Of a stretch of 64,000 bases of DNA, positions 11,828 to 24,521 are shown one piece after another (within the stretch, counting starts at the first letter, position 1; every line of letters starts with the position of its first letter). The position numbers were made by a program, and so were the translations under genes. The notes under the pieces are model-generated. The model saw only the letters and a program-made list of their open reading frames with translations. It made no database searches and was not told where the DNA came from. This stretch comes from Malacoraja senta (taxonomy: Eukaryota): positions 2,668,001-2,732,000 of the forward strand of contig CM075994.1 of assembly GCA_038087875.1 (NCBI GenBank), given 5' to 3'.

Positions 11828-14800
11828 AAAAAATCTTGCCCAGTTTAGACACTTGAAATTTGGTTTTTATAGAAGAAAATAAAGGGAGGAAAAGAAGTCA
11901 CTTTTCTGCACAAAAAAAGGGAAGTGTAAAGTCTGTTTGTTGCACACTGTTCTGATGACTGTGTTTGCAGACTGAGTTTGGAGGAGAGAACATAGCTTTT
12001 CTCGTCTCAGACACTGCCTGAATTGAGTTCGTGTAAATTCGTTTAAAGTAGTGGAATGCCCTGCACTCCAAATATTGCGCTAGTGACCAATAGACACTGG
12101 AAGTCAGTTTGGTGTAAGACTGAAGACTTCCTGCTTGTTCATGGTGAACTGTCAAGAGTTGAAAAAACAATGAAGTGACTTTAGAGCACAGTCTGAAAGA
12201 TTTGAATAATTTTTTGAACTGGCCACCACTCTAGAGTTGAACTTGCAAGCCATCTTTTCGTATTGATTCATTCTGCAGCAACCTTCCCTCTTTTGTGAAT
12301 ATGGTTTCTTTAACATCATTAACTAACAAACGTATGTGTCAATCGATGAGCAGTCTTACAAATGTAAGCACTTAACTTAATCTATCTGGTTAGTTTTTTT
12401 TGGTGGTGAGATTTAAATCTCTTTCACGGCTATCTATTAGAGGGAATGTTGTTTTTAAAACGTATGCCATTTTTGTACTGGGGCCTTGATTTCTGAAACG
12501 TTGCCACTGGTGACATGTCTGGAAACACAATTGTGCTATGGTAGATCCCAAGTGTGATGAATTTAGTTTTAATTCCAGGATTTGCAAGTGATAACTGTAC
12601 ATTTAAAAGGTTTGCATCGGATAAAATTGACATACAATGTCACTCTGGAAAAACGTTATCTTTGTCGTTGACGGGAGACGATTTAAATGTTTGAGGTAAT
12701 AGATTATGTACCCTTACAGTTTAAAGAGGTATAACTTAAATGACATAGTTAATATTCATGTCAGAATGACGTCTGCAGCTACATGTTTCTAATTGGTTTA
12801 GGTATATAAATTTTGTTGGTTCATTATACGGTGCTTTATCAAACTCGGGCTTTCCAAATGTGCTGGTTACTTTAATTACTGTGATCTAAGCAAACTAATG
12901 GGGTATCAAATGAAAATCAGATCCAGTCCTGCAGTGTGATACACCAAATGTGTACCTCGTCATAATTCAGCCAATTCCACTACTCCGAGGTGAGAATGCC
13001 CAGTTGGTTGTGCTTTTCCTTGGGGGAAATGGACTGCTGAGTATGTACCGCATCACTTGCTTTACTTGCAATGTCTTCTGAACCATATTGGGAGGTTTTA
13101 ATTTTTTTTTAAGACCCTCAGCTGCACTGATTGCTCCTGAAGCAAAATTTTAGATGGTAGATGGTTTTAAAATTTGAATTCAGTTGTAATGTAGTACTGA
13201 TTGAGAGGGACTTTTAACACTGGTCTCTTTAATGAACCCAGTCTATTTTTCTAACTGGCAGGGAGAAAATATATATCAAAGTATACACTGTTTTCTTTTA
13301 TCTTGCTGTCTTTCCAAGTGTTCATTGTAAAGGTCACAGTGTAATTTGCAAATTGTAGTCTAACCCTCTTCCCATTTCCGTACGGGTCTTTTTAGTTATT
13401 GTACCATATTCTGTTTAATTTATTACAATACTGCAAAATGGCCTGTCTCAACAAAAAAAATGTATTTCTAAAACTGAAAAACAAATTTCCATGTTTCATA
13501 AAATGTTTTGTATTGCATCAGGCTAACCGTTGCTGCTAACTTTCCGTACGAGTAACGTTGAAGATCAAGCTGGTGGAAATTCATACAATTCAGCGAAATT
13601 AACTTTTTAGTCAAGTTGATCCCAAACCTTTGGGAGAATACCTTTGATTAAAAACATATTCCCTTGCTCTTAACTGAAAAACAATTATGATCACATAACT
13701 ATATGCATGTTCTCAAAGACCACAACATTTAACCATGTTTGACCCCATTCTCAAATGACTATGACAACTGATATTGTGGAAAATTTCATCCAGGTCTTGC
13801 AGTGATGGCTGTGTCTGTAAAGTATATCAACAAAATAGGGATGTGTGAATCTTTTAATTAATTGCATCTTGCGTCATAATCCAGCTGTGTCTTGTTAAAT
13901 ACGAATCATGTAGGTATGTGTGGCTGTTTGTCAATGTGTATCAATTGTTGATTTTAAATATTGAAGAAAAACTGCATGACACAACATGACAGGTGGCCAA
14001 CAATCAAGTTTGGGTCACAATGTTATACTGGAAATATTTCAAAAGAGCAACTAATATGATGGTGAATATGCTTCAACGGTATATTAATTTCTTGAGGATT
14101 AGAAACCTCCATCTCATCAGGCATTCTGTTTATCATTGCAATGTCTTGTTTGATTCTTTTGAGTTCTGTAAGAATTGAGCACCAGGCATCACAGTATATC
14201 TCATGTCAGGCTGGTTTAACATTTTGAGCTATTGATGCCCACACTTTGGTGATGAATTTGCACCATCCTTAGTGGGCGGGGCTTTTATTTTTCTTGGAGA
14301 TGGCGGGTTTGTGGGAATGTGGAGTTGGAGAGGAACAGAATTATATCAATGCTTTGATCCAGAATTCCACCTACACAATACAGGTTCCTGTGCCCTTGAG
14401 TACTGCAATTGATTTATACTAGTTTGATTCCTGTAGTTCCACTGCTGATGCCAACCCTGGTTGTCAAAGTTAAAATCTATAGTTTTGAGGAACATTGTAT
14501 GAATTTGAAATTCATACATCCCTAAAGCAGAGAGCTTGTGACAGCTTATGTTTTGTAACACATGAGAGCTCTAGTTTAGATCGCCTGCTTTGTCGTTTAG
14601 TCAATTTTGAAGACTTATTAATTTGGACTGGGTGCAATTTATTTTCAATGCTTCTTATGTTAAATCCACAATAGAAGCATTTTAGTTTTAACATTTTGAA
14701 TGTATAGCATAGGCCATTTCAAGATTTTGTGACATTTGTTAGCTTGCATGACTTGCTTATGGTGCAGTTCTACATGCATCAATGCCTCAAGCCCAAACTC

Positions 14801-15422
14801 TTATTCTTGTATGTTAGTAGGCCACTGTTCATTAATAGCCCAACCTAAACTTTCTGCTGTTTGTCCAATGTACATGTGCGCTACTTAACAGGGGCGCACT
14901 AAGCTGAAATGGGAAGCCCAGCCGATTTCTGCCTTCTCCCATGACACCTTCCCAAAATGCAGTCACTCTAATGGTCGTTGATATCCTGAGTAGTCACCAG
15001 AGTCCTTGGACACGGCTAAGATGCATTGGTTTGAATACCAGCTGGCGTGAGTTTACTGTTAATTGCTAATGTACATTAATGCTTTAATTAATTTCAATGC
15101 AGTAAGCTTGTGTTTTTTTGTTTTTTAACCGTGACATTTTTCCAGTTGTTATAAGATATCTGAATATGTTAACTGCATATAGCCTTGATGTTGCAACCAT
15201 ATGTCCTGCAGGAACTGGTTAATGTTATTTCCACTTGTGTTTATAAAAACAAAAATGGAAAACATTTAAATGGTTGTTTCTGGTACTTGATTTGAAAATG
15301 GGATCGTAACCAAAGTGGGTTTGAAATGTTTGGTCTTTAATAGTATGTGATCATGTTTGGTGAACTCCAGTTTGTGAAGAACTGTTGTTTCCCTCTGTGA
15401 TGGTAAGTGTCTGTCTTTACAG

Positions 15423-15577
15423 CCAAACGGGAAAAAAGCTGATGGCCAAGTGTCGGATGTTAATTCAGGAAAACCAGGAACTGGGGAGACAGCTGTCCCA
15501 GGGACGGATTGCACAGCTGGAAGCTGAATTGGCTCTTCAGAAGAAGTACAGTGAGGAGCTCAAAAGCAGCCAAGATG
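15423..15577 (+). CDS. WTAP: WTAP coding exon (human exon 7 equivalent)
   Basis: acag|CCAAACG...GATG|gtgagt; QTGKKLMAKCRMLIQENQELGRQLSQGRIAQLEAELALQKKYSEELKSSQD; 155 bp, phase-compatible. Confidence 0.97.
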
Positions 15578-17469
15578 GTGAGTGGAGTTCAGTGCTGGGC
15601 TCTTGACTGTTTTTGTTGTAATGAGGTGGTAGATTAAGGTGTTTTACAGGAATTGGTGTTAAGGAATTGGATGGGGTTGTGTGGTATTATATGCATGTGT
15701 TTTGTATTAATTGATGTTTTATTCATTTCTCTCATTTGCTCAGATTTCTAAAGTATCATGGTTAAGTCGGGCATCACTCTCCACAGAGTCAGACTGTTGT
15801 GAATTGGTACTGATTTCAGGATAAGCTAATCCTCAAGGATAACATAGCAGTGTAGTTTAGAACATGCTTTATTATCAAACCTCTTTGTTTATTTATTATT
15901 TTAACCACTTTTCAAAGATGCTGTGGTCATATTCGAGAGGACTGAATGCACTGGTTAACATCTGTGCCTCAAGCAATTTGTTGAGCATGGCACATTTAGC
16001 CATTGAATCTGTCTAAAAATGCAACAGCAGTTTTTTGTGCAATTGACGCTGCATTGCATTGTATTGAATAAAGTTGCAGCATATCTTCGGCACTTAGTGA
16101 ATTTTTGATGTCAAACAAACTGTTACGAAGTGCAGTACCTCCTCAAAACTGGGAAAGGCCACTGTCACAACACAATGTTACATCTCCGGACCAGAGAGTT
16201 ATTTCTAAAAAGTGCATTTATTTCTGAATACTGCCAATGAACTGGAAACCCCACCTCAGTGGGGTATTTAACGACTGTAAATTTACTTGCCATGCCACTC
16301 TCTCAAAATGGTTGGAATCTCTCTGGCTAATCAGAGGGTTGTACAGCACAGAAAATGCCCTACGGAATCCCACCACTTCCATGCTGACCTTTTTGGCCGT
16401 CATTACATACCCTTTCACTAGGGTTATTATTTGCATTGGGGATGTGGTCCTGATGGTTAAGGCACCCCTGATCTTTCTCTCAGTTGAATCTCAGAAATGG
16501 AATGAAATTATGAACACTTAAGGGGCTGTGATTTAATTACAATTGATCAGTGGTGTTCCAGGATTTAGACTCAATAAACAACAGTATATTTCCAAATTCG
16601 AATAAATGTGACATAGAGGGAAATCTACGTGACATAGAGGGAAAGAGGCAGTGGTATCCTTGCATGCCTGCCACCCATGTTCTTGGTGGCCGAGTTGCAG
16701 ATTGAGAAGTTGTTGTTCAAATAGCATTGTGGAATACTTATAGTACACTTTGTGGATGTTTTTTGCTCCAGCTAAGGTATGCGGGTGATAGAGAGAGTGA
16801 GCTTGGATTGTTTTCTCTGGAGCATCAAAGGCTGAGGGAAACATCTAAGAGATGTTTGTAAGATAATGTGAGGCATAGATAGGGTAGATATTCAGGACTT
16901 TTTTCCAGGATGGAAATGTCAAATACTGGAGGGCAAAGCTTTAAGGTCAGAGGAAGAAAATTTAAAGAAGGGCAATGTTTTTGCATAGTGAAAATGCACT
17001 GCCAAGGGTGATGGTGGAAGTAGATATGAAAGTGCCCATTAAGGGCTTTTAGGTGGACACATGCAGACAGAAAGGATTGGTTGAAGTAGGCATCATGTTT
17101 GATACAGACATTGTTGGAAGAAGGGCCTGTTTCTCTGATGTACTGTTCATTCCAGAGTTCCAGAGAAAGAGACAGTATTGTTGGAACTGCATCATCAAAG
17201 CAAGTGGACAGTGAAATGTTTCATCACATCGTTTGTGATTTGTAGATTGTGGAAAGGCACTGGGGTCTTGGGGTGAGTCACATACTACAGAAACCTACCT
17301 CTAACCTACTCTTGCAGTCACAGTATTTCTGTAGCTGATACAGTCTGGTCAGCTGTTCACACCTTCTGTCATTTTGGAGGGTAATTGATAGGAGAGTAAT
17401 TAGCTGCATTGGATTTGTCCTGCTTTTCGTGAGCAGGACAATTTTCCACATTTTGGGTAGATGCCCCAA

Positions 17470-17659
17470 AACATGGAATTCATTGCTACAGACGGCCATG
17501 GAGGCCGTCATTGGGTATTTTTAAAATGGAGGTTTATAGAGTCTTGATTAGTAAGGATTTCAAAGGTTGCGAGGAGATGGCAGGAGAATGGGGTTGAGAG
17601 GGAAAGATAGATCAGCCATGATTGAATGGTGGGGTCGACACAATGGGCCGCATTGCCTA
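17470..17659 (+). mobile_element. CR1 3' end interrupted by Tc1 (continues at 19274-19295)
   Basis: tggaattcattgctacag...gggccgcattgccTA [Tc1] TAattctgcttatg reconstitutes the CR1 tail. Confidence 0.8.
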
Positions 17660-18167
17660 TAGTGCCCTCCATAATGCTTGGGTCAAAGACCCATCATTTA
17701 TTCATTTGCCTCTGTCCTCCACAATTTGAGATTTGTAATAGAAAAAATCACGTGGTCAAAGTGCGTATTGTCAGATTTTAATAAAGGCCATTTTTATACG
17801 ATTGGTTTCACCATGTAGAAATTACAGCAGTATTTATACATAGTCCCCCCCCATTTCAGGGCACCATAATGTTTGGGACACAGCAATGTCATGTAAATGA
17901 AAGTGGTCATGCTTAGTATTTTGTTGCATCTGTGATTCATGGACAGCACTAGTTGCTGGGTGTCTTCTCCGGTGATGCTCTGCCAGGCTGGTATTGCAGC
18001 CAACTTTAGTTTTTGCTTGTTTGGGGGCTAGTCCCCTTCAGTTTTCTCTTCAGCATATAAAAGACATGCTCAGTTGGGTTCAGATCAGGTAATTGACTTG
18101 GCCACTCAAGAATTTTTTAACTTTTAAAAACTCCTTGGTTGCTTTAGCAGTATGTTTGGGATCATTG

Positions 18168-18270
18168 GTACACAAAAATGCTGGAGAAACTCAGCGGGTG
18201 CAGCAGCATCTATGGAGCGAAGGAAATAGGCAACATTTTCGGGCCGAAACCCTTCTTCAGACCTTCTTCA
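18168..18270 (-). mobile_element. Short PLE-derived insertion inside Tc1, with 14-bp TSD
   Basis: gtttgggatcattg duplicated at 18154-18167 and 18271-18284; absent from the other Tc1 copy. Confidence 0.85.
18231..18260 (-). ncRNA. Minimal type I hammerhead ribozyme-like motif
   Basis: Minus strand CUGAAGA-A-GGGU(UUCG)GCCC-GAAA-AUGUUG: both conserved hammerhead boxes around a stem II hairpin; stem I is weak. Confidence 0.5.
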
Positions 18271-19419
18271 GTTTGGGATCATTGTCTTGCTGTAGAATGA
18301 ACCACCGGCTAATGAGTTTTGAGGCATTTGTTTGAACTTGAGCTGATAGGATGTGTTTATACACTTCAGAATTCATTATACTACTACTACTACCATCAAT
18401 CAACCATCAGTTGTATCATCAATGAAGATAAGTGAGCCAGTACCTTCAGCAGCCATACATGCCCAGGCCATAAGACCACCACCACCATGTTTCACAGATG
18501 AGGTGGTATGCTTTGGATCTTGGGCAGTTCCTTCTCTCCTCCATACTTTGCTCTTGTCATCACTCTGATATGTTAATCTTCATCTCATCTGTCCACAAGA
18601 CCTTTTTCCAGAGCTATGGTTGCTCTTTTGAGTACTTCTTGGCAAATGGTAACCCGGCCATCCTATTTTTACAGCTATCCAGTGGTTTGCATTTTGCAAT
18701 GTAGCCGCTGTATTTCCGTTTATGAAGTCTTCTGCGGACAGTGGTCATTGATAAATCCGCACCAGTCCCTTTGCGATTAGTAAGCTCACCAGTCTTTCTT
18801 CTTAATGATGTTCCAAACAGTTGATTTTGGTAAGTCTTAGGTTTGGCTGATGTCTCTAACAGTTTTAGTCTTGTTTCTCAGTCTCATAATGGCTTCTTTG
18901 ACTTTCATTGGCACAACTTTGGTCCTGATGTTGATAAACAGCAATAGAAGTTTCCAAAGGTGATGAAAAGACTGGAGGAAAGACAAGGCGCTGAGAGCTC
19001 TCTTATACCTGCATTAAGGAGGCAATTAAACACACCTGAGCAATTACAAACGCCTGTGAAGTCATGTGTCCCAAACATGGTGCCCTGAAATGGGGGGACT
19101 ATGTATCAACACAGCTGTAATTTCTACATGGTGAAACCAAAATGTATAAAAATACCCTTTAATAAAATCTGACACTGCACAATGTGATTTTTTCTATTAC
19201 AAATCTAAAACTGGAGTACAGAGGCAAATAAATAAATGATGGGTCTTTGTCCCAAACATTATGGAGGGCACTGTAATTCTGCTTATGAACTTATGCCAGT
19301 GTTGTACATCTTGGCTGGATATGCAACTAGTTTTGGCTATCAGGTTTGACATGCCTTTCAGTATGATCACAATTAATCTGTGCCTGTTTACTTCTGAACC
19401 GGTTCTCCAACTGTCTTCC

Positions 19420-19930
19420 TGGATTTAGCGTTGTGAATCGTTTTCAGACTTCCTCCAACGCGACAGTATCCTTTTTTTTGGATTAGTAGACCAAAACTGC
19501 ACAGTATTCCAGGTGTCTCGCCAACACCCTGTACACCTAGAATACTACGTACTATTTACACTATGTACCATACTAACTATTTATTGCACTTGCCTGTTTA
19601 TCTTTTGTGAATCATGCATAAGAACACTTTAATTCCTCTGAACCTCAATCCTCTGCCATCTCTATTTTGATAACCATCTGCATTTTGATTTTTCTTAGCG
19701 AAGTGTACAACCTCACATTTTTCTACATCAAAATCAATTTGCCAAGTTTTTACCCACTCACACAGCCTTTCTATATCATGTTGCATAGTTCAAATACCAC
19801 TGCGAATTCCCCTCCTATGTTTATTCATTGGCAAGTTTGGATACCTTGCACTCCGTCTCCCTCATTCAGATTGTTAATAGATAGTAAATAACTGAGTGCC
19901 AAGAACTAATCTCAAGGGTACTCCACTAGT
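19420..19930 (-). mobile_element. Decayed CR1 RT fragment
   Basis: ORF 19598..19786 QHDIERLCEWVKTWQIDFDVEKCEVVHF. Confidence 0.75.
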
Positions 19931-21718
19931 TATCTCCAGTCAGATAAACCCCATTCTGATTCTGTCATCCATGTGATAACCAATGTTCAGTTCAAATTAA
20001 CACTTCCCCCAAGACAGAGAGCTCTTGTGCAGGTTTTGAACCTGCGACATTGTTGAGGCAGAGCCTGATAGAATAAGGGTTCCAACCCGAAGCATCACCT
20101 ATTCATGTTCTCCAGAGATGCTGCTTGACCCGCTGAGTTACTCCAGCACTTTGTGCCCTTTTGTGTATACCAGTATCTGAAGTTCCTTGTTTCTACTGAT
20201 AAAAAGTTAAATTGATTCATTGCACATCCCTTATTGTGATGTGCTATGCATGTGAACTGGTAAACGTACTCCAACAGAGTTTGTTACGATGGACCCTCCA
20301 GGAATTAGACCTGGTGACAGTGAAGAATTGGCATTATAGGAAGGTATATATATTCAGGATAACACAGAACATTTTTGAGTTTCCAGTTCGTGTGGTGGAA
20401 GCTTATGGTGCGCTGACCATAAGAACAATGCTTTGTTCTTCTGGCCAGCGACAGATTGTGACCCATATCAATACATACTTTACTAAAACATGTCTTCTGG
20501 TTTTCATGTATTTTTTTTCCTTTTATATGCAGTCTAGCTTCATTAGGTACTTGAAATTTTCTTGATGATTTGTCCTGGAGTGCTTGTTCTGGGAAATTTA
20601 TTTTATAGTGTTTCTCACAAAAATTGGGAGCAAAACAAAATATTTTGTGATCATGAAACCTGTGGGGTTTTTTTAAATGTGAATGTTTTATTAATAATTG
20701 GCCAAAAATAAACAGAATAACTGGAGAACTATAAGATGCATGCCTGGGAATTTCCCCCAACCACTAATTCTATATGTGGAATGAGACCATTTCTCACTGC
20801 TCCTGCTCTGTGATTCCTACTGCTCTCGTGTCTGGCCTTTGTCCACCCATCTGCCAATCAACCCCTCACCTGTATCCACATATCATTTGCCGGGCCTTGT
20901 CCCGGCCCCTACCTCTCTCACAGTTTACAGTTAATCCAATAAGGAATCAAGAGTCAATTCTACATAAACAATTTGTATTGCCTAATGTTAATTTTATTTC
21001 AGTTTTATTTAATTTCTGTGATAAAAGAAAGCATGGATATATGAAATATCCATTAAAAAAATGTCTTGCTGAATAAAGAATATTCAAGAAAAAGTCCAGA
21101 TTTAAGAAAAGATTTGAACTATTTGATGAATAGAATGGGTGGCGGAATGGTGAGATGTCTGTTTCTGGTGTTAAAGCCAGTTGATGCTGCTGTAAACTCA
21201 GTTATCGTGCACTTTGTAAGGTTGGATTTCGCATCATTTCTAGGGACAATTGTAAAGGTTTAATTAACCTACAAACCCACACTTTTTGAGGATATATTTT
21301 ATAGTGAGACATAATTCCTTTAGACTTCAACAAACATCTGTTTAAATGCCGAGGTTAGAGAATCGTGTATGATGATACGGTATTCTGCGTTAATGACCAA
21401 TTGAGCCACAAAGCCTAAACATGTAGAAATGTTACAGCTTCCAGTCACCCTGGAAAATGCAATTCTTTTGAAGAAAAATATTAATAGTAAATAATATAGA
21501 AGTCTATTTATATACCATTGCGCATATGTGAAATATCTGGATAGTAATTTGATGATCAGATGTGATAATGCAGTGGAACTTGAGATTATTTGCACGTCAT
21601 TGTGCTCAGAAGTGTAAAATGTTTCTTTAAAAAGTGTGGTGGTCTGATGCCGATGTTTTTCGTTTTGAAAAAGATTCTTGAATCCTCCCTATTGAATTGT
21701 TCTTTTTTCCCTGTGTAG

Positions 21719-22320
21719 AGCTGAATGATTTCATTATCCAGTTGGATGAGGAGGTAGAAGGGATGCAAAGTACGATCATGGTTCTGCAGCAGCAACTGAA
21801 GGAGGCACGCCAGCAGTTGGCTCAGCTTCAAGGACAACAGCAGCATCACCAGGTGCTATCCCCTGGCACCTGCAGGACTCCAGTCCTTGAGCCTTCTGCA
21901 CAGGTGGAGACCATTAGCAAAGACTGCCGAATCGTCAATGGACCAACCAATGGTGATTCATCCCCGCAAGGGAGAGCAGCGGCTGCTTACCAAGACAAGA
22001 CTAATCTCTACCGAGAAGGAAGCAGCACGGAGGATGATTTCCCATCATCTCCGGGGAGTGGGAATAAACTTTCAAACCACAGTGAAGAAAGGCTGGACCG
22101 AGCAGGCAGCAGTAGCATGTATCAGCTAGGTCCTGGATATGAGAGTGTAGACTCCCCTACTGGTAGTGAGAACTCTCTTACACAGCACTCAAATGACACA
22201 GACTCCATCAATGACCCTCAGGAAGATAAACCACTTCTTGTGAAAGGTACTAGAACTATGGGTTCCCGCCATGTTCAGAATGGGTTGGACTCAGTCAGCA
22301 CACAGGGGTCAGTTTTGTAA
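21719..22320 (+). CDS. WTAP: WTAP last coding exon of the long isoform
   Basis: gtag|AG CTG AAT GAT; ELNDFIIQLDEEVEGMQSTIMVLQQQLKE...HVQNGLDSVSTQGSVL*. Confidence 0.97.
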
Positions 22321-22564
22321 CATTTAACGGGCTTTGTCTGCAGTCTTTTTTATATAGTGTCATTTCATTTGGCTGACAGCTGTCCGGTGACTGATAAAGG
22401 TAGTGTGTAACTTCTGTTAAAAGTTCAGCCTTTTTGTGTTTTGCTTTCTTGTAAAACTGTTGCTACTGTTTAATTTTTTTAAAAGCATCATAATTGCGTT
22501 GGCTGTTGCTGAAACGATGTTGATACATGTAGACCCGAGTTCTTTTTTTATATGATTTAATCTG

Positions 22565-22997
22565 AATAAAATGTATTATAACAACTTTAACATGGGGAGA
22601 AATTGTGTAAAACTGGGACTGGTACATCTAGAAGTCCAGTGGAATGTTATTGACATTTTACCCCACCCCATTATACAGTCCTGCAACAAGAAAAAGTTGC
22701 ACCACAAACGTGTGTGATGATTATGTTAGCTTGCCAAATGCAGTAGTTACTTTTCCAAAGGAAGTTTGGGTGTTGTACTTGGCATATTCAGGTTTGGGAA
22801 GTCTTGTGTAGTTTGTATGAACTACACTGACATTTTACACCATCCATATGTGTGCATTATCCCCAGTGACATGGCTGTGCTTAAAAAAAATTAGTGTATA
22901 TTGTTACCCAGTTTCTAGGCAAGAGTTGTTTCCTGTGTAATGCATATTCTGTGAAATCCCCAGAAATCCCTCACCTGTACTGACCAAACTTAATAAA
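22565..22997 (+). terminator. WTAP: Candidate WTAP polyadenylation signals (AATAAA at 22565-22570 and 22992-22997)
   Basis: Hexamers in the U-rich, repeat-free sequence after the stop codon. Confidence 0.5.
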
Positions 22998-23618
22998 GTC
23001 TTTTAATAGCCTATATCTTGAACTTCACTCTATTGAGTTATTTGTGCCGGATGTGATAGATGGAACAAGGTCTTTCAAGTTCAGGCTAATTCATAATTCC
23101 TGCTAAAATGTATTTTCCTTCTCTAGGTTAGCCATGCTTGGGCAAACCAAAATGCCCTCTACCGTGTTAACTGCTAGCTGCTTATGTCGAATTTGGAGGA
23201 CTTGTATTTCTGTTGTTTTGACCCTCTTCTAACAGCAGATTTAATGTGAAAATCTGTGGACTGCTCCAGATACAAACCTGGATACACACTGGCATATTGA
23301 AAATTACCACAATATGTCCGTAATTTCGATTGAATGGCACAGAAAAAAATATTTAAGCATCAAATCCCATTACTCTGCAGTATACATGGCTCTTTAAAAT
23401 TCTTTGAAGTATACTTTCTATGTTCTGTTGTTACGAAATACAACTCCTCAAGGTAAGATTGCAGAATGATGTGAAAAATAGCATTTTAGTCAGCATTAGG
23501 CCCCTTGTGGCTTATTTGACTTGTCTACTGATGTTTGTGTTGCTGTTCGACTCATCTTTTAACTTTCAGAAATTAAAACTGGTACGCAGACAGTGACCCA
23601 ACCTGACTGACTTGATGT

Positions 23619-23830
23619 AGAAACAAAGAATTGCAGATGCTCGTTTATACCAAAGATAGACACAATGTGTTGGAGTAACTCAGTGGGTCAGGCAGCGTCT
23701 TTGGAGAAAAAGAATGGGTTACATTTCAGACTCGGTCTGAAAAAGGTTCCTGACCTGAAACGTCACCCATCCTTTTTCTCCAGAGATGATGCCTGACCCG
23801 CTGAGTTACTCCAGCACTTTGAGTCTATCT
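23619..23830. mobile_element. Fold-back PLE-derived mini-element with ~16-bp TSD
   Basis: Inverted pLTR arms around a degenerate hammerhead motif; ctgactgactt(g/a)atgt at 23603-23618 and 23831-23846. Confidence 0.8.
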
Positions 23831-24385
23831 CTGACTGACTTAATGTTTATCCTCGACATGAGCTGGGATACTTATGATGCCCGTGCTTCCAAATCCTCCA
23901 AGACTCCCTTTTAAGTTTAATCTATTAATACTTAACAACCCTTCTGTTTTTACTATCATACTCTCTTATAAATCTGTCATTCTATCTCCTTGTTTCTGAA
24001 GAAGGGTCTCGACCCAAAACGTCACCTATTCCTTCGCTCCATAGATGCTGCCTCACCCGCTGAGTTTCTCCAGCATTATTGTCTACCTTCCTTGTTTCTA
24101 GAGATTTGCACCACTGAAACCAACCAATTGAAGATTCAAGTGCTAGTTAAATATCTGCAGTTAGAAAGGGGAACTGATCTAGAGATTGTTTCCGATGGTT
24201 TAGGAGTCAGACACTAAGAGCCATGATCTGAGCCAGACCTAACGAGTGAAATAAGGATATACTTTCACACAACCACAGACGGTGGCAGCAGTTTATGACG
24301 CTTCTTCTAGGCCTATAATTTAAGATTTGAGTTGAATAATGATCTGTCAACTAAAGATATGAGATAGGAGGCAAGCTAGATCTAT

Positions 24386-24521
24386 CATCTTCTTGCGTAT
24401 GGCGTGCACAGCCTAAAGTTGTAGGTCAACTTGTTCTATTTGATCTTTTGTTTGTGCACGTTGGGTTGATTGCATTGGTCGAAACAGGGTGGACCACGTG
24501 AAGGTTGCAATCTCTCACCCC
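24386..24521 (-). mobile_element. Short non-autonomous retroposon (SINE/SIDE-like) with HDV-like ribozyme head and AAGAAG-type tail
   Basis: Flanked by agctagat(c/a)tat at 24374-24385 and 24522-24533; no tRNA A/B boxes seen; 3' half has CGTGCACA/TGTGCACG pairing and an AAGTTG-ACCTA-CAACTT hairpin. Confidence 0.8.
24468..24521 (-). ncRNA. HDV-like (CPEB3-like) double-pseudoknot self-cleaving ribozyme
   Basis: GGGGUGA-GA-GAUUGCA-ACC-UUCACGU-GGU-CCACCCU-GU-UUCG-A-CCAA-UGCAAUC: P1 with G1.U wobble, perfect 7-bp P2, 3-bp P3, CPEB3-type L3, J4/2 with catalytic C. Confidence 0.8.

Larger units (their letters stand above)
17660..19273 (-). mobile_element. Second Tc1/mariner copy of the same family, with TA target duplication
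   Basis: TIRs (t)agtgccctccataatg...ggagggcactg flanked by TA; high similarity to 9287-10783; decayed transposase. Confidence 0.93.
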
